Positions 40,351 through 52,939 of a stretch of DNA of 64,000 nt are shown piece after piece. The stretch spans positions 1,904,806 to 1,968,805 of the forward strand of contig NW_003314271.1 of assembly GCF_000143415.4 (NCBI RefSeq), in the 5' to 3' direction. A program made the position numbers and the translations under genes. This DNA is from Selaginella moellendorffii (taxonomy: Eukaryota > Plantae > Lycopodiophyta). Below the pieces are notes generated by a model, which did no database searches, was not told the DNA's origin, and saw only the letters and a program-made list of their open reading frames with translations. Numbering within the stretch: the first letter of the stretch is position 1; each line of letters opens with the position of its first letter.

Positions 40351-43300
40351 TTACAGCCATTGCGCGTTTACGTTTTCTTTCAGCTCACTGAAACAAATAC
40401 GAGTTATAGATTATACATAAGAACACAAAGCCATACCAGATACTCTTCAAGAATGGACTCGTTCCCGGCTCCTCGATCTTTGGAAAACATCCAGAAATCC
40501 ATAGACGCTCCCAGGTGGATAGGGGCTGAAGTATGTTTTTCACACTGCATGAACGCAATAGTCAAGTACTCTAGATACAAAAAGGCCTTACTACCTTGAT
40601 TCGGAAAGCCTCGAAAGTTCCTCAAGCAGACACTCCCTTGCTTCAACCGATACGTGTAGATTGATTAAGGCATCAACCTTGAGACGAGCGTCCATATCCA
40701 TGAGTCCTGCAAGGAAGGGAAAACAATATAAGTAGCTAAGAGAACGTTTAGCACAAGCTCACCAGCTTTAACCAGTCGCGCATCCTTTGTGCTGATGAGA
40801 CAGTCTTGTTGCTCCTTCGATAGAATTGATAGTTTCTCTCCGGTGCTGAGCTCAATATAAGCCATTGATAAGTCCCCATCTTTGGTCAAAAAGCCTGGAA
40901 GGAGAAACTGAACGATGTTTTCATATGAGACCATCTCCCTGGAAGATTCATTTTCGTTGGAGCCAATGAAACCCAGAAGTTTCACCATTGCCTCGACCAC
41001 GATATTTGGAATTTCCATATTATACACAGTACCATCCTCTCGTTTAGAAAATAGCTTCACCAAAGAACCACGAACATCATCCCATTTAGATAAAGGCTGT
41101 GTGCAGACTGTGTTGAAAGCATCCAAGAAAATTCCAAGATGGGAAAAGCATTCTCGCCATTCCAACCTGAAATAATTTCCTTTGCTGATGTCGACAGAAG
41201 GCTAGAGGCCAAAAGTTTCCTTGATACAAGCAAGCGCGCACTGANNNNNNNNNNNNNNNNNNNNNNNNNNNNNNNNNNNNNNNNNNNNNNNNNNNNNNNN
41301 NNNNNNNNNNNNNNNNNNNNNNNNNNNNNNNNNNNNNNNNNNNNNNNNNNNNNNNNNNNNNNNNNNNNNNNNNNNNNNNNNNNNNNNNNNNNNNNNNNNN
41401 NNNNNNNNNNNNNNNNNNNNNNNNNNNNNNNNNNNNNNNNNNNNNNNNNNNNNNNNNNNNNNNNNNNNNNNNNNNNNNNNNNNNNNNNNNNNNNNNNNNN
41501 NNNNNNNNNNNNNNNNNNNNNNNNNNNNNNNNNNNNNNNNNNNNNNNNNNNNNNNNNNNNNNNNNNNNNNNNNNNNNNNNNNNNNNNNNNNNNNNNNNNN
41601 NNNNNNNNNNNNNNNNNNNNNNNNNNNNNNNNNNNNNNNNNNNNNNNNNNNNNNNNNNNNNNNNNNNNNNNNNNNNNNNNNNNNNNNNNNNNNNNNNNNN
41701 NNNNNNNNNNNNNNNNNNNNNNNNNNNNNNNNNNNNNNNNNNNNNNNNNNNNNNNNNNNNNNNNNNNNNNNNNNNNNNNNNNNNNNNNNNNNNNNNNNNN
41801 NNNNNNNNNNNNNNNNNNNNNNNNNNNNNNNNNNNNNNNNNNNNNNNNNNNNNNNNNNNNNNNNNNNNNNNNNNNNNNNNNNNNNNNNCAGCTCGGACAT
41901 GAGAATTCCGAGATACCAATTTATCGGACAGGAACTTCATAACACTAACAGCGTCACCTTCGGAAGCTTTGTCCTCAGAAAACAGCTTTCTCAAGTTATG
42001 TAGAAAATCGTGTATAGGAGACTTGGCAGCTTGAAATATGAAGCGATAGAGGAGCTTGCGCTGCTTTCAAATTCTGATTATTAAAGTTTAGGAGCTGAAA
42101 ACGAAGTTACCTGCCAATCACAAGGCAGCATTCCCAGTACTTCTGGCTGTTTTCCCGCGACCTTCTGGATCCATTCCCAGGCTTCCTTGAAGTCCTGCTT
42201 TAAGGAAAATAGAAATGAAAACCAGCAGGTGATACCTATCATCTGTTGTACCTGCGAACTGACCGTATTACACAAAAAGCTTGGTTCCGTGCAGGAGCGG
42301 ATCCTTCTGCCCAAGTCATAAGATGGCTCGATATCTTTTAGCTCTTCCAAAATGTAAGTTGGAGGTTTTCTTCGATTGGTCTGGGTGTTTAAGAGCATGA
42401 TATTTCCTTTCCATGGTTCCATCACATTCGTGGGCTCGCATTCCAACTCTTTTATCAGAAAAGAGTCTAATATTTCCTCAGCCTTGATATCGTTTAGTAC
42501 AGCCTCTTTGTCTTCAAGGATATCTGCTGCCGACAAACTGCATCAAGCTCAAAAACATTAGAGTCACGTTAACATTCCATGAAAAACAAACCCCGACTTT
42601 GTGCCTTCTGTTATAAGGTACTGCAGAAGATATCTGACTGATGGGAAGTTCTCCCAAACGCTCTTACCAATAGTCGCTGGATTATAAGCAGCGATAACTA
42701 TAATAACTAGGCAAGACCTCCAGTACAAATCTTTTATCTGTCAAAAGTTTCTCAGGTCTTGCAAAACTCAAAGCAGCAATGCTTACGACAAGTTGCGGCA
42801 ATGGCTGCCGAGAGACACTTGGTAAGTAAAACGATGAAAGCTTCATAATCGCTGCAGGTAACTACAAACCAAAATTAGGCAGATAAATCACGATAAAAGC
42901 TTTGATATTCACCTGCAAGCTATCAGCAAACAGCGTCCCGAAGGCATGCTTATCCGAAGCGGCCGCCCGCCACACCAGCTTCTCAATTATGTGAAGAGCA
43001 TCTTCTTGCTGCATCGGGAACTGATTCTGTTTGTTCCTAAACTTCATTACAAGTCCCCAAAAACTCGAAAGAGAGAGAATACCGATATTCCCATCAAAAT
43101 TATTCGCGCAAGTACTTCCTCGGAAGCGTGCATGGAGAATGCAACAAGCTGGAAAGAGTTTAGCTCGACGGTACCACTCGACGATGATAAGTTATATTCC
43201 TGGTGGAAGCGTCAAAATTCGAAAAGCCAATGCACTACTGCCTACCTCAACAGGTTCTAAGAACATAAGCTTCTGTACAGCAGTAGTGAAAAACTTGCAA

Positions 43301-45624
43301 TCTCCAGCGCTTAGCTGTGAGCTAAGCACGTCAACACACCACGTTAACGCTTCCTCCTGAGAACACAAAATAGAAAAAGAGCTTTCAAGTAAGAGAGCTC
43401 TAGAGCTCTTACTTGAAAGGTCATAATCTTCATGCTGAGATCTTTAAAAAGAGGCAATATCTCCTTGAGAGATTCATCTCTAGATCGTTTTCCAGTCGCA
43501 GAAATGGCAACGAGAAATTTTTCATCGGAGGAAAAAGGAGTAGCCGCTTGAATCAGAAAATGGCATGATAGCTCTATCACCTTGTAGCAGCAACCAAGTA
43601 GTAGAGAATTAAAACAAAGGTTGATATCGTTTTGATAATATTCTTACCTGCTTGAACCATGACTGCCTGGCTGAATCCTGCTGCTGCAATATAGAATCCC
43701 AGGGTTCAAGTAGAGCCCGGCATAAGAGACAAGGGCTAATCTCTTTTAGTTGCTTCAAAACCCTGAAGTTTACACGAAACTGAACATGACGAAAACGTTG
43801 ATGAAAACGTACCTGGTCACGGCTTCCTGCAGCCGTCCTACATGATCGTCACTTAAAACCAATTCCTGCACAGCAGCACATTATTCGGAAGAGCATATCC
43901 TTTCTGATGTATTACCTTGATCACTAACGCCAAAGCTCTCTCCGGAGAAAGCGAATCCGGCAAAGCCTTTAAAACAACTGAAATGCCTTTCATATTATGG
44001 GGGCCCGTCGAATTCAGCTCCGCGGTAAGAAATGTCTGAGTATATAAGATTAGCTATCAAACACGCACTAGAAGCGAAGTACCTTTAATGCCAGAGACGA
44101 GTATTCTGGTCTTTTCTGAACTATCTGAATGACAAGCTCTGTATAAAACGAGGTCGACGCATTCTTCATCTGGGAACAGTGCCACGGTTAAGTACTTAGG
44201 CACCAACAAGTCACTAACCTGAGAAACGCCCTGATTCAATCGTAGAGATAAAATATTTGCAACCGTTTCAAAATCTTTCATTGTTGTGCCATTTGTAAAA
44301 TGTAGAACACGATCCAGCAGAAGTTTCGCGCGACGAAAATGGAAGGGAGTATTCAACCAGCCCTCCATCATGCTTGATGCAATGACCCGAACTTCTTCGT
44401 AGTTTACACCTAGTGTCAACATCCTGTAGAGCAGGACTTAGAGATAAACCTCGAAGGAAAAAAAATGTTGAAAACCTTAGAATACGGGGATTTTCTTTGA
44501 TCAATGGAACCTTTAAGAGATGATTGAGGGCTTGCATAAACTCAGCCTTAGCCTTCTGACGAATTTCGTCCCCAGGGTATCGGTTTTTAAGGCTACACTG
44601 CTACATAAAACAAAAAGCATTCCTAGACATGCTGTAAACTGGAAACCGAAGTACCTGAGCAGTATCGCCCTTGACATCTGATGGATCTTCCGTGCCCACT
44701 GTCAGGTCCTAAAAGCAAGAAGCACGTACAAATAAGATGTAAAACCATCGAGCATTACCTCATCAAATGACGTAAGTATGTTAGCGACAAACTCTTTGCA
44801 GTGCTCACTGTCCACCCAGTTACGCAAGTTGATCGCATCGTCTAAGTAGGCCTGCACTCAAACCCAAGCACGAGACCTTCTGTGAGACAAACAGCCACAG
44901 CGTACCTGCACAAATTCTAAAGGCCATTCGGGCTTTTCATTAAAAGCTCGAAACAAGAGCTTGCAAGAAAAACCAGGTAGAAAGTTTTGTTTCTTTGTAG
45001 AAGCCTCAGATGGACTTGAATCAAGGAAGGAAAGCAAAGCCTGGAAAATCCTTGAAAGTGAAAAACAGTCATATCCTTGAGGACGAACCTTGTATGTTCT
45101 TGGAAGACAGAAAGCGTTTGGCAGCTTTTTGGAAATGTAAAAGCAAGTAAGGTACTGATATCTCGGAGGCGAGGATGGAAATCTGCTGATTTCATCAAGC
45201 ACAGACTCCAGAATCTCGTCTAGCCGCTGCCAATTTTCCTGTGTCCACGCGCTCCAAATCGAATGTAGAATATCCAAATCTAAATGAGAGCGTCAAAGTG
45301 AGATGAGGAATCAAGCAAAGACAAAAAAGCACACCTTCGTCAATTCCCAAATCAGCTGCTGGCTCCAGATGCTGCTTGAAAATCTCGCGATGCAAAGCAT
45401 CCTCCTGGCCACTGCCAGCAATCCACTCCTGCCCCTCTTCTTCCGAAAATGGCGCATTGAGATCGAATCCTCGCGGAGTCGCATTCAAGTCGAGCGCCTG
45501 GGCTTGATCTTCCCTGGCTTTCGGCTTGCCGCGACCGTCCTCGTCGTCGTCGGGAGGATGCTGCCTCTGCAAGAACACAAGACGCTTCATCTCTCTGGGA
45601 ATCGAGAAAGAACGTTACCTTCAT
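40351..45624 (-). CDS. INTS1: Integrator complex subunit 1-like (multi-exon; N gap 41245-41888; 3' end approximate)
   Basis: EWPLEFVQ|AYLDDAINLRNWVDSEHCKEFVANILTSF resembles animal INTS1 WP..FVKVY.EDSLGER.WVDSP.C..FV.NI.TAF. Other INTS1-like blocks in order: NRY, EEVRVIASSMMEGWLNTP, IAAYNPATIG..VWENFP, and LEELK...YDLGRRIRSCTEPSFL. Recognised from memory. Confidence 0.8.
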
Positions 45625-46031
45625 CGTCTAGAACCCTAGAAAATGATAAACCCTAGAAATTTCCCGCCTGACGAAACGATCTAATAGCGATCACAGTGCT
45701 CTTTCCACCAGCTACATTGTATAGGCCCCAATCACACAAGATGAGAATGTATAGCAACAATATTTCCAAAAAATATCAAGAAAATGACCGTACGGAAGGT
45801 TTGGGCCGAATGACCGTTTGTGGTCCTGCTAATCTGGGCCCTCCGTATATCCCATGTCTCACACTCACACTCAAGTAGAGCTAGGCTTGGTTAGTTTCTT
45901 TCTTGTTTTCACGCCTGGGGCGGCGGCGGCCGGGCGGCGGTGGCGGCAGCGCGTGTGGCCATCGGCAAGCAGCTGGATCGATCGCGGCGGCCTTGTAGCT
46001 CGATCGTCTCGGCAAATCGATCGATGCAGTG

Positions 46032-47865
46032 ATGTGTCGTGTCCAGGTCGTGTATTATCTCAGCCATGGGGGACGGATGGAGCAGCCGCATCTCATCGAG
46101 GTGGAGCAAGAGGGAAATCGTCTCTACCTGAGCGGTATTTTCAATGGGATCGATCGTCGATATCTTGGACTTGCTGAGATAATTTCGTGTTGCAGAGGTG
46201 AAGAAGCGATTGACGGTGCTGCGAGGGAAAGGCATGCCGGATGCCTTCTCCTGGGCCTACAAAAGGTTCGCTGTGTTCTTTCTTCTCCCCTTTTTATGTG
46301 GTTCCTCGCGTGATTTTCTCTTGCCAGGAGCTACAAGAACGATTTCATCTGGAACGACGTGACAGAGAATGACCTGATCTTACCGCTTCGCGACAATGAG
46401 TATATCATCAAAGGATCGGAGAATGTGTATGGAAGACAAGGTCAGTTTGGTTCTTTGGATGATCTTTCATTCGTTTCGTCCTTCCAGAGAGTCGTAGCGA
46501 TCGGGGAAGAGTTCCAAGCATCCAGGAGGAACACAAGGATTTCGAGAGTCCAATGTCTTATCATCACCACACTCCCATGCGAGCAAGCGAAGGCTATGAC
46601 AAGCGGAGCTCATTGTCTTCTTCTTCCGTCGCTGGCAGCAGATCGCCCAGGAACAGGAACAAAGCTTTCAACTGCGAAGGCGCTCTCAGAGTGAACAGGC
46701 AGCTCATGGAGACGCTCACGCAGGCAAAGACCGAATCCATGGACGAAGTCTTCTACGATAACCCACACTCGGATGGATCAAGCAACGGCAACACTTTCAC
46801 TGACGTCAAAGTGTACAAGACTCCGGCATCTCCTGTGACTGCGGACCACGGCAAGGATGCAGCAACGCAGACGGAGGAGCATTCTGGTAAAAATACTCAC
46901 GAGTTCCAGTTTCACCGAGATGTTCAGCACGATCAGGAGAGAAGCTGTCAACGTGATCAGGAAACTCAAAGCTCCAGGAAGAAGTCTGAGAGAGCTGGTT
47001 TGGTTTCTACCGTAAGGAAGCAACTGGAGGAGAGTAGCCGGAAGCAAACAAGCACTGCGGTTCTTCGGCAGCTGCTCTCCTGTGGTGGGATCGATACGAA
47101 CACTTGTTCCTCCATGCAGTACAACAGGTTGCACTATCCACCGCAAGCATGGGCTTGGAGCAAGTCCAAAGCAGATACCAGGTCCGAAGCGGAGAGTGCT
47201 TCCAAGATTCCACACGATGTTCTTCCTTCTTGGGAGTCTCCTAGGATGCCAGCTCGTTTGGTCAGCTCGAGTCAGGATCCTGAATCTATTCCAGAAGTTG
47301 TGAAGGAAACGACGAACTCCCCGGCTGCAAGCCATGCGGAGCGACGATCCTTGGTAGACAAGGCATCTCGCGAGGAGGCAAGAAAGTTACAGAACAGTAT
47401 GCTTATTGCAACTAAGGAAGCTCGGAAGGTCGAAGACAACAGCCCCCGTCTATCGCCTGCGATAAAACGTGTTAATGTGGAACTTCCAACGCTAAAGGTG
47501 CAGTTCAGCCCCCCGAAAAAGGAAATGAAGTGCAAGGAAGACAGGTAGGACTCCGTTAGTTCGCAAAGTTTCAAACTCCTCTAGCTTTTTCGTTGCAGGC
47601 CTCTAACACCAGGACGAAGCCGACTCGATTGGGAAAAGACCCTCCAAGAGGCTGTCAATGCAAGTTCTCCTCCCGTGGATTTCAGATTGTTGCTGCAAGA
47701 ATGCCCGTAAGTTTCTGCCCGGAGCCGCTTACACTTACTCGGAAGTCTTCTTGTTCTAGGCAATGTGGTCGAACTTTCAAGCCAGATTCTCTGAAGGTTC
47801 ACTTGCGAGGATGTCATGGCCAGAAAACTGGGAAGATAACAAGCGTGGCAAGGCGTCTTGAATAG
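46032..47865 (+). CDS. SOK: SOSEKI polarity protein (DUF966: DIX-like domain, CG motif, C-terminal zinc finger)
   Basis: VQVVYYLSHGGRMEQPHLIEV...DVKKRLTVLRGKGMPDAFSWAYK|RSYKNDFIWND...EYIIKGSE, DAATQT, LRQLLSCGG and C..CGRTFKPDSLKVHLRGC. Confidence 0.93.
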
Positions 47866-48885
47866 GTACTATTTGTTGTTTTATGATCCCATAGCCTTTC
47901 TATGTTCTTTTCTGCATGTAAAGAAACTTTTCCTTGTCCTTTTTTTCCTGAGTTTGATTAGACAGGCATTTCGTTTTGTTTCCCTGCGTGTAACGTGTGT
48001 GTCTCTGCATGCCTCTGGCTGCTACTGCTGTTACTAAACTGCGGGCTTCCTGTACAAGATTTTGGAAAGCAACGGATTGTATCTGAGAATCATTAACTGG
48101 TGTGTGAAGTCCAAGGCAGGACAGACACCAGCTGTTCTTCTCGGAAGTCGTTTGCTGCCGCATTCTTCGTCCTTGTTTTTTGTTGAGGTTGGCTTCTTGG
48201 CGTGTCCGGTCCTGAATTGTTAATGTGTCCATTATGTAAAGTTCTGCCTGGGTGGTGCTGCTCCGCAGCCGTGGGCGTAAACATCGACGCTGTCATCTGT
48301 GGATGGTCTGTGATTAAACAACGTGAATCGCTTCGCTTTAGTTGCTTACTCTTCTATTTGATGCATTCTTTAGCTGGAAGTTTGTGAAAGCAACGCCTGA
48401 GCTTTTGCAGAGCTGGCCGACCTTATCAACAGCACTGCAATATCCTACACTAGTTTCCACAATCAAGTCGCTAAAAACTCAACGTTGTCTCTGTCGATCA
48501 CTTCAGCTTTCCTTTTGGTTGTAACTTCTTCTCGTCACGTTTTTGTATGTACTTGTTTGGAGCATCCTGTCTCTTTGTAAAGATGTCTGTCTTGAGTCAC
48601 AGTTGTTTCATCGTCAGGTGTCACAGTCGGGGATTCAAGAGAAGATTGTTTTTTCTTGGATTTTGCAGGGAGGCTGGCTACGGAGATGAACCATCGAAAG
48701 CGCAGTTAAGCATAAAAAGTTTTCTGGTCGCTGACTCACTGCTTACTTATTACTGTGCTTGCAGAAGCAGACCGTTTAAATAAAATCCATGATTTTGGAG
48801 TGCGCGGGTCTTCCGCCTCATCCTCGAAGGGGCAAAGAGCATTGCAGTACGAGTATAAAATCTTGTGAAGGTACCTGGGCTATCT

Positions 48886-50107
48886 ATGGCGTTCCAACGT
48901 CTCTTTCTTCCAGCAACAACTCTAGTACTGATTGTGAGCTCTTTTCATGCTCAGCCGGTCGATGACGATAAGTGCTGTGTGGACTCGGCCGCAGTTTATC
49001 AACCTCCAAAAGGATGTCCCCATCCGCATCCTGCATCAATGTCGCCTCCGCCCGCTGGAAGCTCGGAGTCCTCGGTGGTTTTCCAGAGTTTTCACAAATC
49101 CACAAACAGCACGAGAGCCGGGATCTTTAGTACGGGAACGCCACCACCAGCTCCGGAACCAACTCGTCCACCGCCGCCACGTTGCGAACCAAGCCCGCAG
49201 TCGGCGACGCTGTTATGCTGCTGCGCCAACATAGAGTACGTGGCTACTGAGTTCTATACTCAGGCGTCCATGGGGAGGACTATGGACTACTTGGACTCTA
49301 GCCTCGCTGGGAACTGTACCGATCCTCCGCGAGGTGGCGAGAAGGCGTACCTCTCTCCCAGCGCCGAGGATATGATGCGGCAGATCGCTTACCAGAGCCT
49401 GGATCACTTGAAGTAAGCTAGCTGCAAAGCTCTCCTTCTCATTGTCTTCCTTTCCAGGGCGATCCAGTTATCTCTTGGAAGTAACAAGTCTTGCAACCGG
49501 CCGGGGATCGACGTGAGCTGCTCCAGGTTTAGCAGGATTGTCAACGATGCTATGGGACACACACTGTGGCCGGATTTCGACTGGTACAAGAACGACTACA
49601 CCACACTCTTGGGAGCTTACTGGTTCTCTGGCCTCCTCACCAAGTGCTACACTGGTATCCTTGACAGATGCGAAGGCCCAGCCACCAACAGAGTAAGCTC
49701 TTTCTTTTTACTTCTACCCAGGAGAGAGTTGGAAGAGCCAGAAGAGAGCTCGCTAACTCACAGAATCCTTGTCTTTGCAGCTCTGTGGATCCCTCGCCGC
49801 TGCCAAAGCCCGGCAGGAGATGGTGATCAGGACGGTGCTTTACCAGAACTTCCAGCACAACGTCTATCCATACAAGATCTCGGTGGCGGAGTTTACGAAC
49901 AGGCTCTCGCGGTACAAGGACAAGCTCGCTGGGAGCAACGGGACTGCGGACGAGGGGCTGTGGGTTCCAAGCTGCCTGGGAACTGGCGGCTCTAACAGCA
50001 ATATGTTCTCGGCGGATTCGTACGGACTCCCCTTTAGCTACAACGTGACCGACGGCTGCGATGTTGTCAAAGCGGTCCTCGGCCCAATGGCGTACAATTA
50101 CAAGTGA
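48886..50107 (+). CDS. Desiccation-related PCC13-62-like protein (ferritin-like fold), secreted and divergent
   Basis: Signal peptide and Pro/Cys-rich extension, then NIEYVATEFY...PPRGGEKAYL...QIAYQSLDHLK, RPGIDVS, VIRTVLYQ...VYPYKISVAEFTNRLS and DEGLWVP. Confidence 0.85.
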
Positions 50108-50186
50108 ATTGTACAGAATAAAACCAATACATTAAAGTTTTCGAGGATTTAGGGTTTAGTGGAAACTTAGGGTTGTAGTGGAGGGG

Positions 50187-52593
50187 ATGAGGGACGCCGA
50201 TGGCGCCGAGAGGGCGCTTCTCGCTTTCCTGGAGTCGAATGCCGAGATTTCCAATTCCGAGGCGTTTGCGCGGGATCTAGGCGTGGATCACGAGCTGCTG
50301 GCGGGGACGATCAAGAGTTTGCACGGATTTGGCTTCATTGAGGCCAAGGTGAGGTCGATTTCGCGAGGATTGTGGTCGGCAACGCCCGCATTGTGTAGGA
50401 TGTGAGACGGGAGTCGTGGGAGTTGACGGAGGAGGGGCTGGTGTACAGCCGGAATGGCTCCCCCGAGGTACAAGTGTTTGACGCGGTTCCGGCTGGAGGG
50501 ATTTCGCGAGAAGATTTGCAGGTTTGTGTCACGCTATTGTGATTTCTTTGATATCTTCTATCTTCTTCTATTTGTAGAGAAAGCTGGATGACAGTGTGTT
50601 TTCCATTGGTTTCCGCAAAGCAATGAGTAACAAGTGGCTGGAGACCAAGCCATTGGTTTCTCGTAAGGTAAGACTATAGAAGTTTTGTTGTGTTATTCTA
50701 ACTTCCGTTTCTTTCTTCACAAGGTTTTGAAGGTTGAGGATGTTGTGAAACAACAGCTACTAGACGTTAAGGATGGCAAGGTGAAGAAATTTATATTGTC
50801 GCGAGTCTAAGTTTCATATTTGTCTGCTTTTTTCCAGAACTTATCAGCGGCTGACATTGATGCTTTGAAAAAACGGAAGCTTATAGTTCCTAAGTATATA
50901 TTCTTTTTTCGGGGATCAAGAGTTTCGTTTTTGATAAACGTTCTTACAGGGTATGGAAGGCGTATTCCATAACAAAGGGAGCGAATTACGCTCCAACGAG
51001 AACGAAAGCGGCAACTGAGGTTACTCGTGAGATGCTACTAAAGTAAATCTAAGAGTGTTACTTCGGAAATTGATACAATCTTGTTTTTCCAGGGAAACCT
51101 GGTCAGAGGTTGCATTCAAACCGTACAATTTCCAAGCTCTTGGACAACCAACGGAAGGTGGTCATTTACATCCATTGCTGAAGGTAGCAGGAGTTTGTCA
51201 TTTTCTTCTCCATTGTTAACAGTCTCCTTCAGGTGCGAACAAAGTTCAGGCAGATTTTCTTGGAGATGGGGTGGGTTTCGTGACTTCCTTATCTATATAA
51301 AACTGCAATCATGCTGGTTACAGGTTTGAGGAGATGCCTACGAACAATTTTGTTGAAAGCAGGTACTTGTCTTGACAACAATTGCGTCGAGTTTAAGCAT
51401 TTGTCTTTACGATAGCTTCTGGAATTTCGATGCCTTGTTCCAGCCGCAGCAGCATCCTGCCCGGGACTCACACGACACATTCTTCTTAAAAAGTAAGTGT
51501 GTTCGTGATATGTTTATCATTTTATGGTCATGTAGGTCCTTGTAAAACGCAGACATTCCCGGAAGACTACCTGGAGCGTGTGAAGACAATCCATGAACAA
51601 GGTGGCTTTGGTTCCATTGGGTATGATTTATCTATCGTCTTCTTCTTGCACTCAAAACTTTGTACCTGGAGCAGATACATGTACGATTGGAAAAGGGAGG
51701 AGGCCGAGAAGAATGTTTTACGTACACATACGACTGCTGTTTCTTCTCGTATGCTGTACAAATTGGCCCAGGTACGGGGGTCTTGAAGGCATCAACTAGC
51801 TGGCCAACTGACCTTTTGTTTGGTTTCCCAATAGGATGGATTTGTTCCCAAGCGTTATTTCTCCATTGATCGTGTCTTTCGCAACGAAGCAGTAGACAGA
51901 ACGCATCTGGCAGAGTTCCATCAAATTGAGGGTGAGTTTAAGGCGGTCTCTTTTCTCTTGTGTCACCAAAATGACCGTAATATTTCCAGGCTTGATTTGT
52001 GACAAGGGCCTAACACTCGGAGATCTCATTGGGGTTCTTAATGACTTTTTCTCTCGGTTAGGTGAGCCACACTTTCTACCACCCAGCGACTCTTTTCTTC
52101 TTCGACTTAAAACGCATTGACAGGGATGAAGAAGCTGAGATTCAAGCCGGCGTACAACCCGTATACCGAACCGAGCATGGAGATTTTCAGGCAAGTATAT
52201 CCTCTCTACGGATCGTCCGCGCTGCTGACACTTATTTTGTGCTGCAACAGCTATCACGAGCAGCTGAATAAGTGGGTGGAAGTCGGAAACTCGGGCATGT
52301 TTAGACCCGAGATGCTCCTTCCAATGGGACTTCCAGATGACGTCTCTGTGATTGCATGGGGGCTATCTCTAGAAAGGTATTTCTTGGTTTTCGCGTTTCT
52401 TGTTTGTTCATGATGTTCGCTTCGCTTTCTAGGCCCACGATGATTTTATATGGCATCGACAACATAAGAGATCTCTTTGGACACAAGGTGAGCTGTGACG
52501 AAAGAGAGTAGACACATGTGTTGACCTGTGTTTGCTGCGCAGGTCGACCTCAAGCTAATCAAGTCAAACCCGATTTGTCGGCTCGGCATGTAG
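50187..52593 (+). CDS. Cytosolic phenylalanine--tRNA ligase alpha subunit (multi-exon)
   Basis: [76 protein letters not shown] and [11 protein letters not shown]. Confidence 0.97.
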
Positions 52594-52939
52594 CCGATAG
52601 AAACCGCAGCATACCCAAAAAAGAATCCGCGGCTTACTTTTTTAAAAGCTCGAGCTCTCTCATTCTCTCTCTCCCGTGACAAATTGACAATGTCACGATC
52701 CCAACCAAAAATTTTTAGATCCGTCGGTCTGCCGTTTTTCTCTATTGATATTCCCAACGTACAGAAACAAAATATATATAATCAAGCAGAAGAAAGATGG
52801 GAGAAAAAAATAAAAATAGATACAAACAAAATTTTGCGGATTCTACCTATTTATTAACGGCCTCTCTTGGTTTGAGGAAAGAAAGAAAGTAAAAAAGAAA
52901 GCGCTCTATTCACAAGCACAAGAGGGAGGAGCATGAAGA

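Noticed and set aside
41086-41994. ORFs consisting mostly of X
   Set aside because: Artefacts of the assembly gap within the INTS1-like gene.
47900-48800. Possible miRNA/ncRNA or small-ORF locus between SOSEKI and PCC13-62
   Set aside because: No convincing hairpin or known mature miRNA seen; the ORFs lack motifs.
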